Assembly: GCA_026004495.1 (NCBI GenBank)
Contig: BPJG01000001.1
Location: 350,858 to 414,857, forward strand
Length of the DNA: 64,000 bases
Direction: 5' to 3'
DNA from: Candidatus Parcubacteria bacterium
Lineage (GTDB): Bacteria > Patescibacteriota > Minisyncoccia > UBA6257 > HR35
Positions 51,053-61,135 of the stretch are shown here, piece by piece (within the stretch, counting starts at the first letter, position 1; each line of letters opens with the position of its first letter). A program made the translations under genes and the position numbers. The notes under the pieces are model-generated. The model worked only from the letters and a program-made list of their open reading frames with translations, did not search any database and was not told the DNA's origin.

Positions 51053-52320
51053 AAACTTATTCTAAGTATCTTAAATATATTTTAATTTTTGGGGATATTT
51101 TATTTTTCTATTTATCTTTATATATAACTATCTATACAAGATATGGTTTTAATATAGAAATATTTAAGCAACATTTTATAGGATTTAGTTTTATTTTACC
51201 CTTTTGGATTATTGCCTTTTATTCTAATAATTTTTATTCTCTAAATATTTTAAAAAATAAATTTTTTTTAAGGTTGATTAAATCTTTCATCATTGGTTTT
51301 GTTTTTTCTATTATATTTTTTTATTTTAGTCCTCAGCTTAAAATTACTCCTAAAACAAACCTTTTTTTATTTTCCTTTATTTATTTAGCAATTTTTATTA
51401 TTTATAGAAATTTATTTGAAAATAAATTTTTAAACAAAAGAAAAATTAAAATTTTAGTTATTATTCCTAAAAATATTTTAGAAAAATTTAAACAAGACTT
51501 TGAAGGTTTAGTTATTTACAATTTTACTTTTTATGATCATAACTCAATGTACGATGATTTTTCAAAATTTGATTTAATTGTCATTAGTCACAAAATTTTT
51601 AATCAAGATCAAAATTTAATAAATCATGTAATAAAAAAAATTAATTACCAAGTGCCTATTATTGAATTAATTGATTTTTACGAAAAAAATTTAGGCAGAA
51701 TTCCACTTGAAGAATTAGACGAATATTGGATTTTAAAAGAAATTATTAATCCTGAATTTAGGTTTCAGTCATTAATTAAAAGAACCCTCGATATTTTATT
51801 AGCTTTAGGGGTAGGAATTATTTGTTTATTTTTATTACCAATAATTGCTTTAGCTATTTATTTAAATTCACCTGGGCCAATTATTTTTAGGCAAAAAAGA
51901 GTTGGTAAAAATAATAAAGAATTCACTATTTATAAATTTAGAACGATGAAAAATATACCTGATTTAGGGATTTGGGAAAAACAAAATGATGAGAGAATAT
52001 TTTTTGTAGGTAAAATTTTAAGAAAATTACATTTAGATGAATTACCTCAAGTAATCAATATCCTAATAGGAGAATTATCATTTGTTGGACCTCGACCTGA
52101 GCAAGCAACCATTGTTAATAAATTAGAAAAACAAATACCCTTTTATAATCTTAGACATTTAATATCGCCAGGAATTACTGGCTGGACTCAAGTTAACTAT
52201 AAGAAGCCTTACAATTTAGAAGAAACCAAAATTAAGATTGAATACGATCTTTATTATTTAAAAAATCGAAATATATTTTTAGATCTTTTGATAATTTTAA
52301 AAACTGTTTTTAATCTTTAA
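51049..52320 (+). CDS. Polyprenyl glycosylphosphotransferase (priming sugar transferase, WcaJ-like)
   Basis: N-terminal TMs, IKRTLD, YKFRTM, LDELPQ, SFVGPRPE, PGITGWTQV, DLYY. Confidence 0.93.
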   Translation: MKTYSKYLKYILIFGDILFFYLSLYITIYTRYGFNIEIFKQHFIGFSFILPFWIIAFYSNNFYSLNILKNKFFLRLIKSFIIGFVFSIIFFYFSPQLKITPKTNLFLFSFIYLAIFIIYRNLFENKFLNKRKIKILVIIPKNILEKFKQDFEGLVIYNFTFYDHNSMYDDFSKFDLIVISHKIFNQDQNLINHVIKKINYQVPIIELIDFYEKNLGRIPLEELDEYWILKEIINPEFRFQSLIKRTLDILLALGVGIICLFLLPIIALAIYLNSPGPIIFRQKRVGKNNKEFTIYKFRTMKNIPDLGIWEKQNDERIFFVGKILRKLHLDELPQVINILIGELSFVGPRPEQATIVNKLEKQIPFYNLRHLISPGITGWTQVNYKKPYNLEETKIKIEYDLYYLKNRNIFLDLLIILKTVFNL

Positions 52321-54038
52321 ATATCATAATCATCAAATTCTACTTTTTCAATATATTCTATTCCATTAAGTATTTCTTTTACATTTATTCTTTTTTTTGA
52401 TTTTAATAAAAGATACATTTGATATCTTTTATTAACTTTTAAAAATCTCTCTAAAAAGGGTCCTAATATTTTTATTTCATTATTTTTAATTTTGACCTTT
52501 AATTTTTCTTTGATATTAATTAAACGATAATTTAAGCTTTCTAAATTAGTTAATCTCGAAATTAATTTAATTTGATAACAAAAAGGCGGTAGATAGTTTA
52601 ATTCTCTTTCTTTAATAATATCTTTTATAATTATCCCCTCCTTTATTTTATTTAAAAATTTTTTATCTAATCTGGTATGAACAAAAACTTTTTTCGAAGA
52701 ATTTTCTAATTGTTTTATTATTCTTAAATATTTTTCTTTTAAAAATATGTTCTCTGATAAAAAAGAGACGTCAAAGTTAATAAAGAAGCTGTAATCAGTG
52801 GGGATATCTAAAATCTGCCAATTGCCTATAATAAAATAATCATTATTTTTACTATTTTTAATTTTTTTTAAATCTAATTCGCTTTCTATGTCAAAAAATC
52901 GTAAATTATGATTAGAAAGATATTTTTTTATAAATTCTTTACCTATTTTTTTAATATATAATCTATCACCTTGACAGCGAGGGCATTTTGTAATTGAATA
53001 ATAAATTAAACATTTATTACAAAATAAGCTATCATCTATAATTGTTAAATAATTTTTACATTTTTGACATTCAAATCTATAATGACAATCTAAACAAAAT
53101 AATTTTTGTCCTATGTTTTTCTGGAAAACAAAAACTTTTTTTATGCCATTTATTTTCGTTAGATAACTAATGTCAGCGAAACTAATAAAATTTATTTTGG
53201 GATGACTTAATTTAGGAAACTTAATATAGCTTTTTAATGAATAAAAATTATCTATATAATTTAATGAACATTTTGACAATTTTGCATATGATTCGATTAA
53301 TTCTAAATAATTTATTTTGGGGGTTTTAAAAAATTCATTATAAAAAATGCTCCCTTCATTAAAAACAAATATTTTCTCTATATTAATGAGTGGTAAAAAA
53401 ATTATATTTTTACTTCCTAAAAAAGTATAGTTTTCATTCGAAAATATATAATCTGAATTTTTTGTAATATCATTTAAATATATTAATTTGGGTATTTTAT
53501 TTTTAAAATTAAAATAAAAATTATTTGCTTGATGTTTAACTGGAAAAATAATTAAGGATCGATATTTATTAATTTCATTAATTAAATCAATTGTTAATTC
53601 TTGATAAAAATTAATTTCAAATCTTCTATTAATATTTTCAAATTGACTATAGTTTTTGTTTAATTTCTCTTTAAGATTTATTAAATTACATTTTTTATAA
53701 TATTTAAGAAAAAGATAAAATGAATAAGCTAAAGATAAGTAATAATATCTACTGATTTTAAAGGCTAATTTTTTTTGGTAGTCTAGCAAAATATCTTTTT
53801 CTATTAATATATTTTTAATAGGTTTTATTTGATAATCTAAATTTTTTATTATAAATTTAACCTCAGAAATTTTTCTTGAATCCCAGGTATAGCCTGGAAT
53901 ATTTTTACCTCTAAAATTTATTTCTACTAAGCTACCGTTTTCAACTTTTATTGGCGAGAAATAGAGAAAAAAATCAGGAGAATTTGGTGGCAATGGTTGA
54001 ATAGGAATTATTTTTAATATATAATTTTTCTGCTCCAT
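52317..54038 (-). CDS. priA: Degenerate primosomal protein N' (PriA-like)
   Basis: N-terminal 3'BD-like region, four CxxC, RELNYLPPF, ILGP; no Walker A. Confidence 0.75.
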   Translation of the reverse strand: MEQKNYILKIIPIQPLPPNSPDFFLYFSPIKVENGSLVEINFRGKNIPGYTWDSRKISEVKFIIKNLDYQIKPIKNILIEKDILLDYQKKLAFKISRYYYLSLAYSFYLFLKYYKKCNLINLKEKLNKNYSQFENINRRFEINFYQELTIDLINEINKYRSLIIFPVKHQANNFYFNFKNKIPKLIYLNDITKNSDYIFSNENYTFLGSKNIIFLPLINIEKIFVFNEGSIFYNEFFKTPKINYLELIESYAKLSKCSLNYIDNFYSLKSYIKFPKLSHPKINFISFADISYLTKINGIKKVFVFQKNIGQKLFCLDCHYRFECQKCKNYLTIIDDSLFCNKCLIYYSITKCPRCQGDRLYIKKIGKEFIKKYLSNHNLRFFDIESELDLKKIKNSKNNDYFIIGNWQILDIPTDYSFFINFDVSFLSENIFLKEKYLRIIKQLENSSKKVFVHTRLDKKFLNKIKEGIIIKDIIKERELNYLPPFCYQIKLISRLTNLESLNYRLINIKEKLKVKIKNNEIKILGPFLERFLKVNKRYQMYLLLKSKKRINVKEILNGIEYIEKVEFDDYDI

Positions 54039-54133
54039 TTAAATATTTTTAATATCATTTTTAATAATATTATATAATTTATTTTTGGGAGATAGGTTAA
54101 ACCTTAAATCAAAAATTAAAAAATATATTTAAA

Positions 54134-55138
54134 ATGTTTATTAAAATAGGAATAGATTTGGGAACTGCTAATACAACGGTTTATTTACCTCAAAAGGGAA
54201 TTGTTTTAACAGAACCAACAGTAGTAGCAGTAGATGAGTTAACCAAAAAAATCATAGCCGTTGGTCAAGAAGCTAAAGATATGATTGGTAAAACACCAGG
54301 AGATATTAAGATTTACAGACCCTTAAGAGAAGGAGTTATTGCCGATTATAGATCTACTTTGGCTATTCTAAAATATTTTTTAAATAAGACTAAAATTTCA
54401 AAAATTTTTAAACCCTTATTAATAATTTCTGTTCCAGCCGGAATTACCTCAACTGAAAGAAAGGCAGTAATTGATGCTGCCTTAGAGGCAGGAGCAAAAG
54501 AAGTTTATCCAATCAGGGAACCACTTTTGGCTGCCTTAGGCGCAGATTTGTCTATTAATTCACCTTCTGGGCATATGATAGTTAATATCGGTGGAGGAAC
54601 AACTGAAATCGCCGTTATTTCTCTCGGGGGAATAGTTTCTTGGGAATCTATTAGGATAGCTGGAGATAAATTTGATGAATCTATTAAAGAATACTTAAGA
54701 AAAAAATTTAATTTGGCAATTGGTGATAAAACAGCTGAGTTGATAAAAATTCAAGTAGGCGCTGCCTTAATCGATAAAAATACAAATTTATCGATAAATG
54801 TTAATGGAGTTAATATTTTAACTGGGTTACCTATGACTATTAAAATTAATTCATCCCATATCGTTGAAGCTCTTCAGAGGGATTTAAGAGAAATAATTTT
54901 AGGAATCAAAAAAGTTTTATCTCATACGCCACCTGAATTAGTAGCTGATATAATGGAGAAAGGTATTGTTATTTCTGGTGGCGGAGCACTACTAAGAAAC
55001 ATTGATCAATTAATTTATCAACAAACAGGTGTGGCTGCTTTTGTAGCCAATGATCCTCTTTATTGTGTTGCTAGGGGTACCGGCAAAATTATTGAGAAAT
55101 TAGACATTTATAGAAGAGTTTTAATTTCCCATAAATGA
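54134..55138 (+). CDS. mreB: Rod shape-determining protein MreB, paralog 1
   Basis: IGIDLGTANT, RPLREGVIAD, NIGGGTTE, SGGGALL. Confidence 0.95.
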   Translation: MFIKIGIDLGTANTTVYLPQKGIVLTEPTVVAVDELTKKIIAVGQEAKDMIGKTPGDIKIYRPLREGVIADYRSTLAILKYFLNKTKISKIFKPLLIISVPAGITSTERKAVIDAALEAGAKEVYPIREPLLAALGADLSINSPSGHMIVNIGGGTTEIAVISLGGIVSWESIRIAGDKFDESIKEYLRKKFNLAIGDKTAELIKIQVGAALIDKNTNLSINVNGVNILTGLPMTIKINSSHIVEALQRDLREIILGIKKVLSHTPPELVADIMEKGIVISGGGALLRNIDQLIYQQTGVAAFVANDPLYCVARGTGKIIEKLDIYRRVLISHK

Positions 55139-55923
55139 TAATTGGCCATTCTGAACAAATTAAATTTATTAATAATATTTTATTAAATTATAGCAAAGGT
55201 ATATTTTTATTATTTGGGCCAGAGTCAATTGGTAAATTCTCTTTAATTAAAAATTTAACTCAACAATATAATCCTTTAATTTTCGATTCTCAAGAAACAA
55301 TTCTAAAAATTAAAACTTCAGATGTTATTCAAAAAATGTTATTATTATCTAATCAGAAAGATAAACAAATAATTATTATTAATAATGCCCACAGACTTAA
55401 TAAAGAAGCACAAAACAAACTTTTAAAAATTTTTGAAGAAATACCTAATAACTCTTTAGTTTTTTTAGTTACCCATAAACTTTTTAAAATCTTACCCACA
55501 ATAAGATCACGAACGCAAAAAATTAAATTTTCCTTACTTGATAATGATTTAATTAAAGAATTATTGATTAAAAAAAAATATTCTTTAGAAGATATAAACT
55601 TTATTTTAAAATTATTCCCTGGTCAAATAGGTAAAGTTGTCAATCTAATTAATGATAAAGAAAAATTAAAAATAATTAAAAATTTATTTTTTAGCAATTT
55701 AGATATAGTTGAAAAATTTATTTCGTTTTATAAAATAGAAAAAGATATTAACTTAGAAGAGTTAATAGCTTACTTTATTATTTGTGAAAGATATAATTTG
55801 TTTAGAAAATATAAAAATTCTATAAAAAAAATTAAATATCTTTTAAATATTTACGAAGATAGTAGTTATTTTCTTAACAAAGAACTTCAATTTTCTAATA
55901 TTATGTTAAACTTAAATGGATAA
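55135..55923 (+). CDS. holB: DNA polymerase III delta-prime-like protein
   Basis: IIGH, LLFGPESIGK, AQNKLLKIFEE, LPTIRSR. Confidence 0.8.
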   Translation: MIIGHSEQIKFINNILLNYSKGIFLLFGPESIGKFSLIKNLTQQYNPLIFDSQETILKIKTSDVIQKMLLLSNQKDKQIIIINNAHRLNKEAQNKLLKIFEEIPNNSLVFLVTHKLFKILPTIRSRTQKIKFSLLDNDLIKELLIKKKYSLEDINFILKLFPGQIGKVVNLINDKEKLKIIKNLFFSNLDIVEKFISFYKIEKDINLEELIAYFIICERYNLFRKYKNSIKKIKYLLNIYEDSSYFLNKELQFSNIMLNLNG

Positions 55924-56074
55924 AGCTTATAATTTTATATTAAAAATTATAATTTTAATGACTATGATATATCTATTAGGTTTCGTTATTTCCGATGATT
56001 TATTAATTAATACAATGAAAGATATTAGTTCTAAATTAACACCTTATACTATTGAAATTTTACATTTAAGATGA
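55916..56074 (+). CDS. Small membrane protein, 52 aa (not in ORF track)
   Basis: MDKAYNFILKIIILMTMIYLLGFVISDDLLINTMKDISSKLTPYTIEILHLR*; overlaps both neighbours. Confidence 0.6.
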   Translation: MDKAYNFILKIIILMTMIYLLGFVISDDLLINTMKDISSKLTPYTIEILHLR

Positions 56075-56613
56075 TCGATAATTTTTTAAAAAATTTAAAC
56101 AATATCGTTAAAGAATTTGAAGAAAAACTAAAATCAATTCGCAGTCATAAATTAACCTTAAGTTGGTTGGAAAATTTTGATATTATGGCCTATGGTAAAA
56201 AACACAATATCAGGTCAATAGCTACTGTAAATCAATTGGACTATTTAAAATTCAAAATAATTCCTTGGGATAGTAATATAATTTCAGATATTGAAAAAGG
56301 CTTAAGAGAAACAAATTTTGGTGGTAGCATTCAAAAAGAAAAAGATTCTTTAATTGTTAATTTTCCGCCAATTACCGAAGAAACTAAAAAAAATTTATTA
56401 AAAAATTTAAATTCTTTAAAAGAAGAATTTAGAATTAAAATAAGGGTTTTAAGAGATGAATTTTTAAGAAATTTAAAAAAGCAAAAGGATGATAAAAAAA
56501 TAAGTGAAGATATTTTCTTTAAGAATAAAGAAAAAATTGATAACGAAGTCGAAAAAATTAATAAAAAAATTGAAGATTTGTTTAAAAATAAAGAAAAAGA
56601 AATTTTAAGCTAA
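56071..56613 (+). CDS. frr: Ribosome recycling factor
   Basis: IIPWD, FPPITEE, IRVLRD, KEKEILS. Confidence 0.9.
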   Translation: MIDNFLKNLNNIVKEFEEKLKSIRSHKLTLSWLENFDIMAYGKKHNIRSIATVNQLDYLKFKIIPWDSNIISDIEKGLRETNFGGSIQKEKDSLIVNFPPITEETKKNLLKNLNSLKEEFRIKIRVLRDEFLRNLKKQKDDKKISEDIFFKNKEKIDNEVEKINKKIEDLFKNKEKEILS

Positions 56614-56614
56614 G

Positions 56615-57670
56615 ATGGAAAGCATTTTAATATTTTTATTTTCTTTAGGTATTTTAATTTTTTTTCATGAATTAGGGCATTTTTTAATTGCTAAGAAGCT
56701 TAAAGTTCCAGTTGAAGAATTTGCTATTGGTTTTCCTCCTAGTCTTTTAAGAAAAAAAATTGGAGAAACTATCTATTCTTTTAATTTAATTTTCTTAGGT
56801 GGATACGTTAGATTAAGGGGAGAAAATAATCTTAATGATCCTGATGGTTTTTTAAATAAACCAGCATGGATAAAAATAGCAATAGTTTTAGGTGGCGTCT
56901 TTTTTAATTTAATTTTGGCTTATTTTTTAATTTCATTTGGATACTTAATTGGTCTACCGGAATATTCGCCTCAATCTCAAAATGTAGTTATTCTGAGAAT
57001 TATGCCTCAAGGCATTGCTGAAAAAGCTAGCTTGAGGATGTTAGATAGATTAGTTTATTTAAAATTTGATAAAGATATGATTTACTTTACTGATCCTACA
57101 AAGGTTAGAGAAATTTTTGAAAACTATCGAGGTAAAGAAGTAATTTTAGGTATCGAAAGAGCAAAAAAAATGATTGAAATTAAGGTAACTCCTGAAATAA
57201 ATAAAAATTTAAGTCCGCTAGGGGTTTACTTAGGTAGCTTGGATTTAATTAAATATAAATTCCCTTCAAATTTTTATTTTGGCCTAATTAAAACCAAGGA
57301 TTTATTTGTTAACATGATAATAGGTATGAAGGATTTTTTTATTAAATTATTCGAGGGCAAAAAAGAAGTTTTAAGTGAAGTTGTTGGACCGTTAGGTATG
57401 TTTGATATTTATAATCAGTTTAGATTATTAGGCTTTAATTATTTAATATATTTTTTAGCTATTGTTTCTGTTAATTTAGTTATTCTTAATCTACTTCCAA
57501 TACCTGCCTTGGATGGCGGAAGATTTATCTTTTATCTTTATGAATTATTAAGTGGTAAAAAGCTACCATTACGGATTGAAAATTTAGTCAATACTATAGG
57601 TTTTATATTCTTATTAATTCTAATGATTTTAATTACAATCAAAGATTTATCTTATAAATTCTTTAAATAA
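56615..57670 (+). CDS. rseP: Site-2 protease RseP (M50) with PDZ-like insert
   Basis: HELGH, FAIGF, GGYVRL, NLLPIPALDGG. Confidence 0.93.
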   Translation: MESILIFLFSLGILIFFHELGHFLIAKKLKVPVEEFAIGFPPSLLRKKIGETIYSFNLIFLGGYVRLRGENNLNDPDGFLNKPAWIKIAIVLGGVFFNLILAYFLISFGYLIGLPEYSPQSQNVVILRIMPQGIAEKASLRMLDRLVYLKFDKDMIYFTDPTKVREIFENYRGKEVILGIERAKKMIEIKVTPEINKNLSPLGVYLGSLDLIKYKFPSNFYFGLIKTKDLFVNMIIGMKDFFIKLFEGKKEVLSEVVGPLGMFDIYNQFRLLGFNYLIYFLAIVSVNLVILNLLPIPALDGGRFIFYLYELLSGKKLPLRIENLVNTIGFIFLLILMILITIKDLSYKFFK

Positions 57671-57681
57671 AAGTAACGATA

Positions 57682-58923
57682 ATGAAGCAATCCAAATTAT
57701 TCTATAAAACTTATAAAGAATCAATACATAGCGAAGATTCTTTAAATGCTCAGTTATTAATTAGAGGTGGTTTCATTGAAAAAGTTGGATCAGGTTTATA
57801 TAATTTTTTACCTTTAGGTTTAAAAGTATTAGAAAAAATTAAAAGAATTATTAGAGAAGAGTTGAATAAAATAGGTTGTCAAGAAATATCATTAATTAAT
57901 CTCCATCCAATAGAATATTGGCAAATAACCAAAAGAATAGATAAATTTGATATTCTTTTTAAAACTAAAAGTCATAATGGAATTGAATATATTTTAGCTC
58001 CTACCCATGAAGAAATTATCTTTCCTTTAGTAAAAAAAATAATTAGTTCATATAAAGATTTACCCTTAGCTCTTTATCAAATTAATTTAAAATACCGAGA
58101 TGAATTAAGAGCTAAGGCTGGACTTTTAAGAAATAGAGAATTTTTAATGAAAGATTTATATAGTTTTCATATTAACGATGAAGATTTAGAGAAATTTAAA
58201 AGTTTAGTAGATAAAACATATTTAAAAATCTTTAAATTATGTGGTTTAAGGGCTATTTTAACTTTAGCAAGTGGTGGAACATTTTCTAAATTTTCAACCG
58301 AATTTCAGGTACCTACATTATCTGGCGAAGATGAGATTTATTATTGCGAAAATTGTAATCAAGCATGGAATAAAGAAATTATTAAAACCAGCAAATGTGA
58401 TCATTGTAAAAAAAAATTAGATATAATCAAAAGTATTGAAGTTGGAAATACCTTTAACTTAGGTACAAAATTTTCCAAAGATTTTGAGTTATTTTATTTA
58501 GATAAATTTAATAAAAAAAAATATGTTTTGGCAGGTTGCTATGGAATAGGTATTAGCCGTCTTTTAGGAGCCATTGTTGAGGTTAATAATGATAAATATG
58601 GTATTGTTTGGCCCTCTAATATTGCTCCCTTCAGGGCCCATTTATTATTATTACAGTATAGTAATAAAAAAATTAATTTAAAATTAATTAAGTTAGCCAA
58701 TAAAATTTACCAATTTTTAACTAATAATAATATCGAAACTTTATTTGATGATAGGACTGATGTTTCTAATGGTCAAAAGTTTGTTGAAAGTGATTTAATT
58801 GGTATCCCCTATAAAGTTATTATAGGTGAAAGTAGCTTGAACGAAGAATTAGAAATTAAGTTACGAAATAATAATAAAATATTTAAGGTTAAAATTAATA
58901 ATTTATTAAAATGCTTAAAATAG
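57682..58923 (+). CDS. proS: Prolyl-tRNA synthetase (short form, no INS editing domain)
   Basis: LAPTHEE, KYRDELR, REFLMKDLYSF, IEVGNTF, CYGIGISR. Confidence 0.96.
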   Translation: MKQSKLFYKTYKESIHSEDSLNAQLLIRGGFIEKVGSGLYNFLPLGLKVLEKIKRIIREELNKIGCQEISLINLHPIEYWQITKRIDKFDILFKTKSHNGIEYILAPTHEEIIFPLVKKIISSYKDLPLALYQINLKYRDELRAKAGLLRNREFLMKDLYSFHINDEDLEKFKSLVDKTYLKIFKLCGLRAILTLASGGTFSKFSTEFQVPTLSGEDEIYYCENCNQAWNKEIIKTSKCDHCKKKLDIIKSIEVGNTFNLGTKFSKDFELFYLDKFNKKKYVLAGCYGIGISRLLGAIVEVNNDKYGIVWPSNIAPFRAHLLLLQYSNKKINLKLIKLANKIYQFLTNNNIETLFDDRTDVSNGQKFVESDLIGIPYKVIIGESSLNEELEIKLRNNNKIFKVKINNLLKCLK

Positions 58924-59939
58924 TAAAACAACTTGAATTAGGAATTGATTTAGGAACATCAAATACATTAGTTTATCTTAAAAATAGAGGTGTAATCTTT
59001 GATGAGCCTTCATATATTGTATTTGATAAGAGAAATCTTAATATTATTGCTATAGGCAAAGAGGCTAAAAAAATGGTAGGTAGAGCCCCACAATATTTAA
59101 ATGTAGTTAAGCCTATAAATTTTGGAATTGTTACTGATTTTGAATCAACCACAAATTATTTAACAAAGATATTAGAAATTATTAATAAAGAATATTTTTC
59201 TCTCTTAAGACCAAAAGCAATTATAGGTATACCTCTTAATTTAACTGAGGTTCAAATAAGAGGAGTTATTGATGCTGGTATATCCGCAGGGTTTAAAGAT
59301 GTTTATACTATTGAACAACCAATAGCTGCAGCCTTAGGTGGTAATTTAGATATAGACGAAGCTAAGGGATTAATGATTGTAGATATCGGTGGAGGTACTA
59401 CCGAAATTTCAGTAATATCCTTGGGTGGTATTGTTACAGGAAAAAGTATTAAAATAGCCGGCGACAGATTTAATAGTAGTTTTTTAAATTATATTAGATT
59501 AAAGCATAATCTTATAGTAGGCGAGAGCCAGATAGAAGAAGCTAAAATAAAAATTGGTTCCATTGTAGGTAAAAATAATTTATTCAATCTTAGGGGTAGA
59601 GATACTCTTACTACTCTACCAAAGGAAATCACAATTTCAAGCCATGATTTAAGAGAAGCAATTAGTCCCTTATTAATCGATTTAATAGATGAAATAAAAG
59701 ATATTCTTAATATTACTCCAGCTGAATTAATTGGAGATATTGTTAGTCGAGGGATCTATTTAACTGGAGGAGGTAGTTTAATTGAGGGACTTTCGGAATT
59801 TATGGAAAATGAATTAAATGTCAAAGTTAATAAATTAGAAAATCCACTTCATTCTGTAGTTTTAGGTTTGGGTAAAATAATTGAAAACTTCGAACATTAT
59901 AAAAAATTTTGTTATTCTAATTCAAAAGTTAATATTTGA
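58911..59939 (+). CDS. mreB: Rod shape-determining protein MreB, paralog 2
   Basis: GIDLGTSNT, DIGGGTTE, LTGGGSL; followed by mreC. Confidence 0.95.
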   Translation: MLKIVKQLELGIDLGTSNTLVYLKNRGVIFDEPSYIVFDKRNLNIIAIGKEAKKMVGRAPQYLNVVKPINFGIVTDFESTTNYLTKILEIINKEYFSLLRPKAIIGIPLNLTEVQIRGVIDAGISAGFKDVYTIEQPIAAALGGNLDIDEAKGLMIVDIGGGTTEISVISLGGIVTGKSIKIAGDRFNSSFLNYIRLKHNLIVGESQIEEAKIKIGSIVGKNNLFNLRGRDTLTTLPKEITISSHDLREAISPLLIDLIDEIKDILNITPAELIGDIVSRGIYLTGGGSLIEGLSEFMENELNVKVNKLENPLHSVVLGLGKIIENFEHYKKFCYSNSKVNI

Positions 59940-59990
59940 TTTTAAAACAAAAATAATTAAAATATTTTTAAATATTTTTAATTAATAAAA

Positions 59991-60722
59991 ATGAAAAAAA
60001 ATAAAATTTTTTTTATATACTTTTTGGTATTTACTTTAATATATTTGTCTAATTTAAATTATGTTTTAGCTAAAAAATATGAAAATATTTATTCTTATTC
60101 ATTAAATTTTCAATCATTATCCAACGAGCTTAAAGGTTCAATTAAAAATCTCTTATTTTCTGATGACGATAATTATTATAAAGAAAAATATTACAATATT
60201 TTAAAAAATTTAGCTCAACTTAAACTAGCCGAGAAAGAAAAAATTTTCTCTGAATCTTTAGATCTTCTAAAGAAAAGATTCCCTCAAGCTGAAGAAGTAA
60301 AAGTTTTATCTAGTAATTTGGGAATTATTTATACTCAACCTGTTAATGAATTAACACAAAAATCATTTGTTATTGATGAAAATTGGTTATTAGTTGGCAG
60401 AGTTGATGAAATTAATAATAATTACGCAAAAATACTTTCATTAAATTATAGCAATCTCAGATTTAATGTTAGTAATATTAATGGTGAATACTTGGGCTTA
60501 GCAAAATCTACCGGTTTAGGATATTTGATTGTTGATAAAGTTGATTCTAAAATCGAGATTAATAATAAAGATTTAATTATGACTTATGGTGAAGATGATA
60601 TTTTTCCACCTAGTTTTTTGGTTGGAGAAGTGGTTGATGTTGAAATTAAAGGATACTTTAAAAGAGTAAAAATTGCCCCCTTAGCTAATTTTAACAGCGA
60701 AAAATTAATAATTATTAAATGA
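59991..60722 (+). CDS. mreC: Rod shape-determining protein MreC
   Basis: TM plus coiled coil, LVGRV, IFPP..LVGEV; synteny with mreB. Confidence 0.8.
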   Translation: MKKNKIFFIYFLVFTLIYLSNLNYVLAKKYENIYSYSLNFQSLSNELKGSIKNLLFSDDDNYYKEKYYNILKNLAQLKLAEKEKIFSESLDLLKKRFPQAEEVKVLSSNLGIIYTQPVNELTQKSFVIDENWLLVGRVDEINNNYAKILSLNYSNLRFNVSNINGEYLGLAKSTGLGYLIVDKVDSKIEINNKDLIMTYGEDDIFPPSFLVGEVVDVEIKGYFKRVKIAPLANFNSEKLIIIK

Positions 60723-61132
60723 TTGCCTTGTTATTAATTATTTTTTTAGATGTTTTATTTAAATTACTTTTCAATAAATTAATTTTTTTAGGTGTAAGTT
60801 TTTCCTTAATTTATTTTTTAAATAATAATAAAAATTTCTATTTATCTTATGTTATTTTTTCTTTTTTAAATGATTTAATTTTGCTACTCCCAATAGGTTT
60901 TACTGGATTTTATTTGGGGATAATTCTAATTTTAATAACTATTATTAATAAATTTATATCTTTTGATGAAGAAATAAATTCATATGTAGTTTTAGTGATT
61001 TCCTTGCTAATATTTTTTATTTTTATTTGGTACTATTATCTTGGTTTTAATTTTAATTTTTTATTCTTTAAATTTTTAATAATTAACTTGATAATATTAA
61101 TGATTTTAAACTTTATTATTAAGAACTTTTAA
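60719..61132 (+). CDS. MreD-like membrane protein
   Basis: About 5 TMs, FLNDLI...PIG; lies between mreC and PBP2. Confidence 0.6.
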   Translation: MIALLLIIFLDVLFKLLFNKLIFLGVSFSLIYFLNNNKNFYLSYVIFSFLNDLILLLPIGFTGFYLGIILILITIINKFISFDEEINSYVVLVISLLIFFIFIWYYYLGFNFNFLFFKFLIINLIILMILNFIIKNF

Positions 61133-61135
61133 TAA

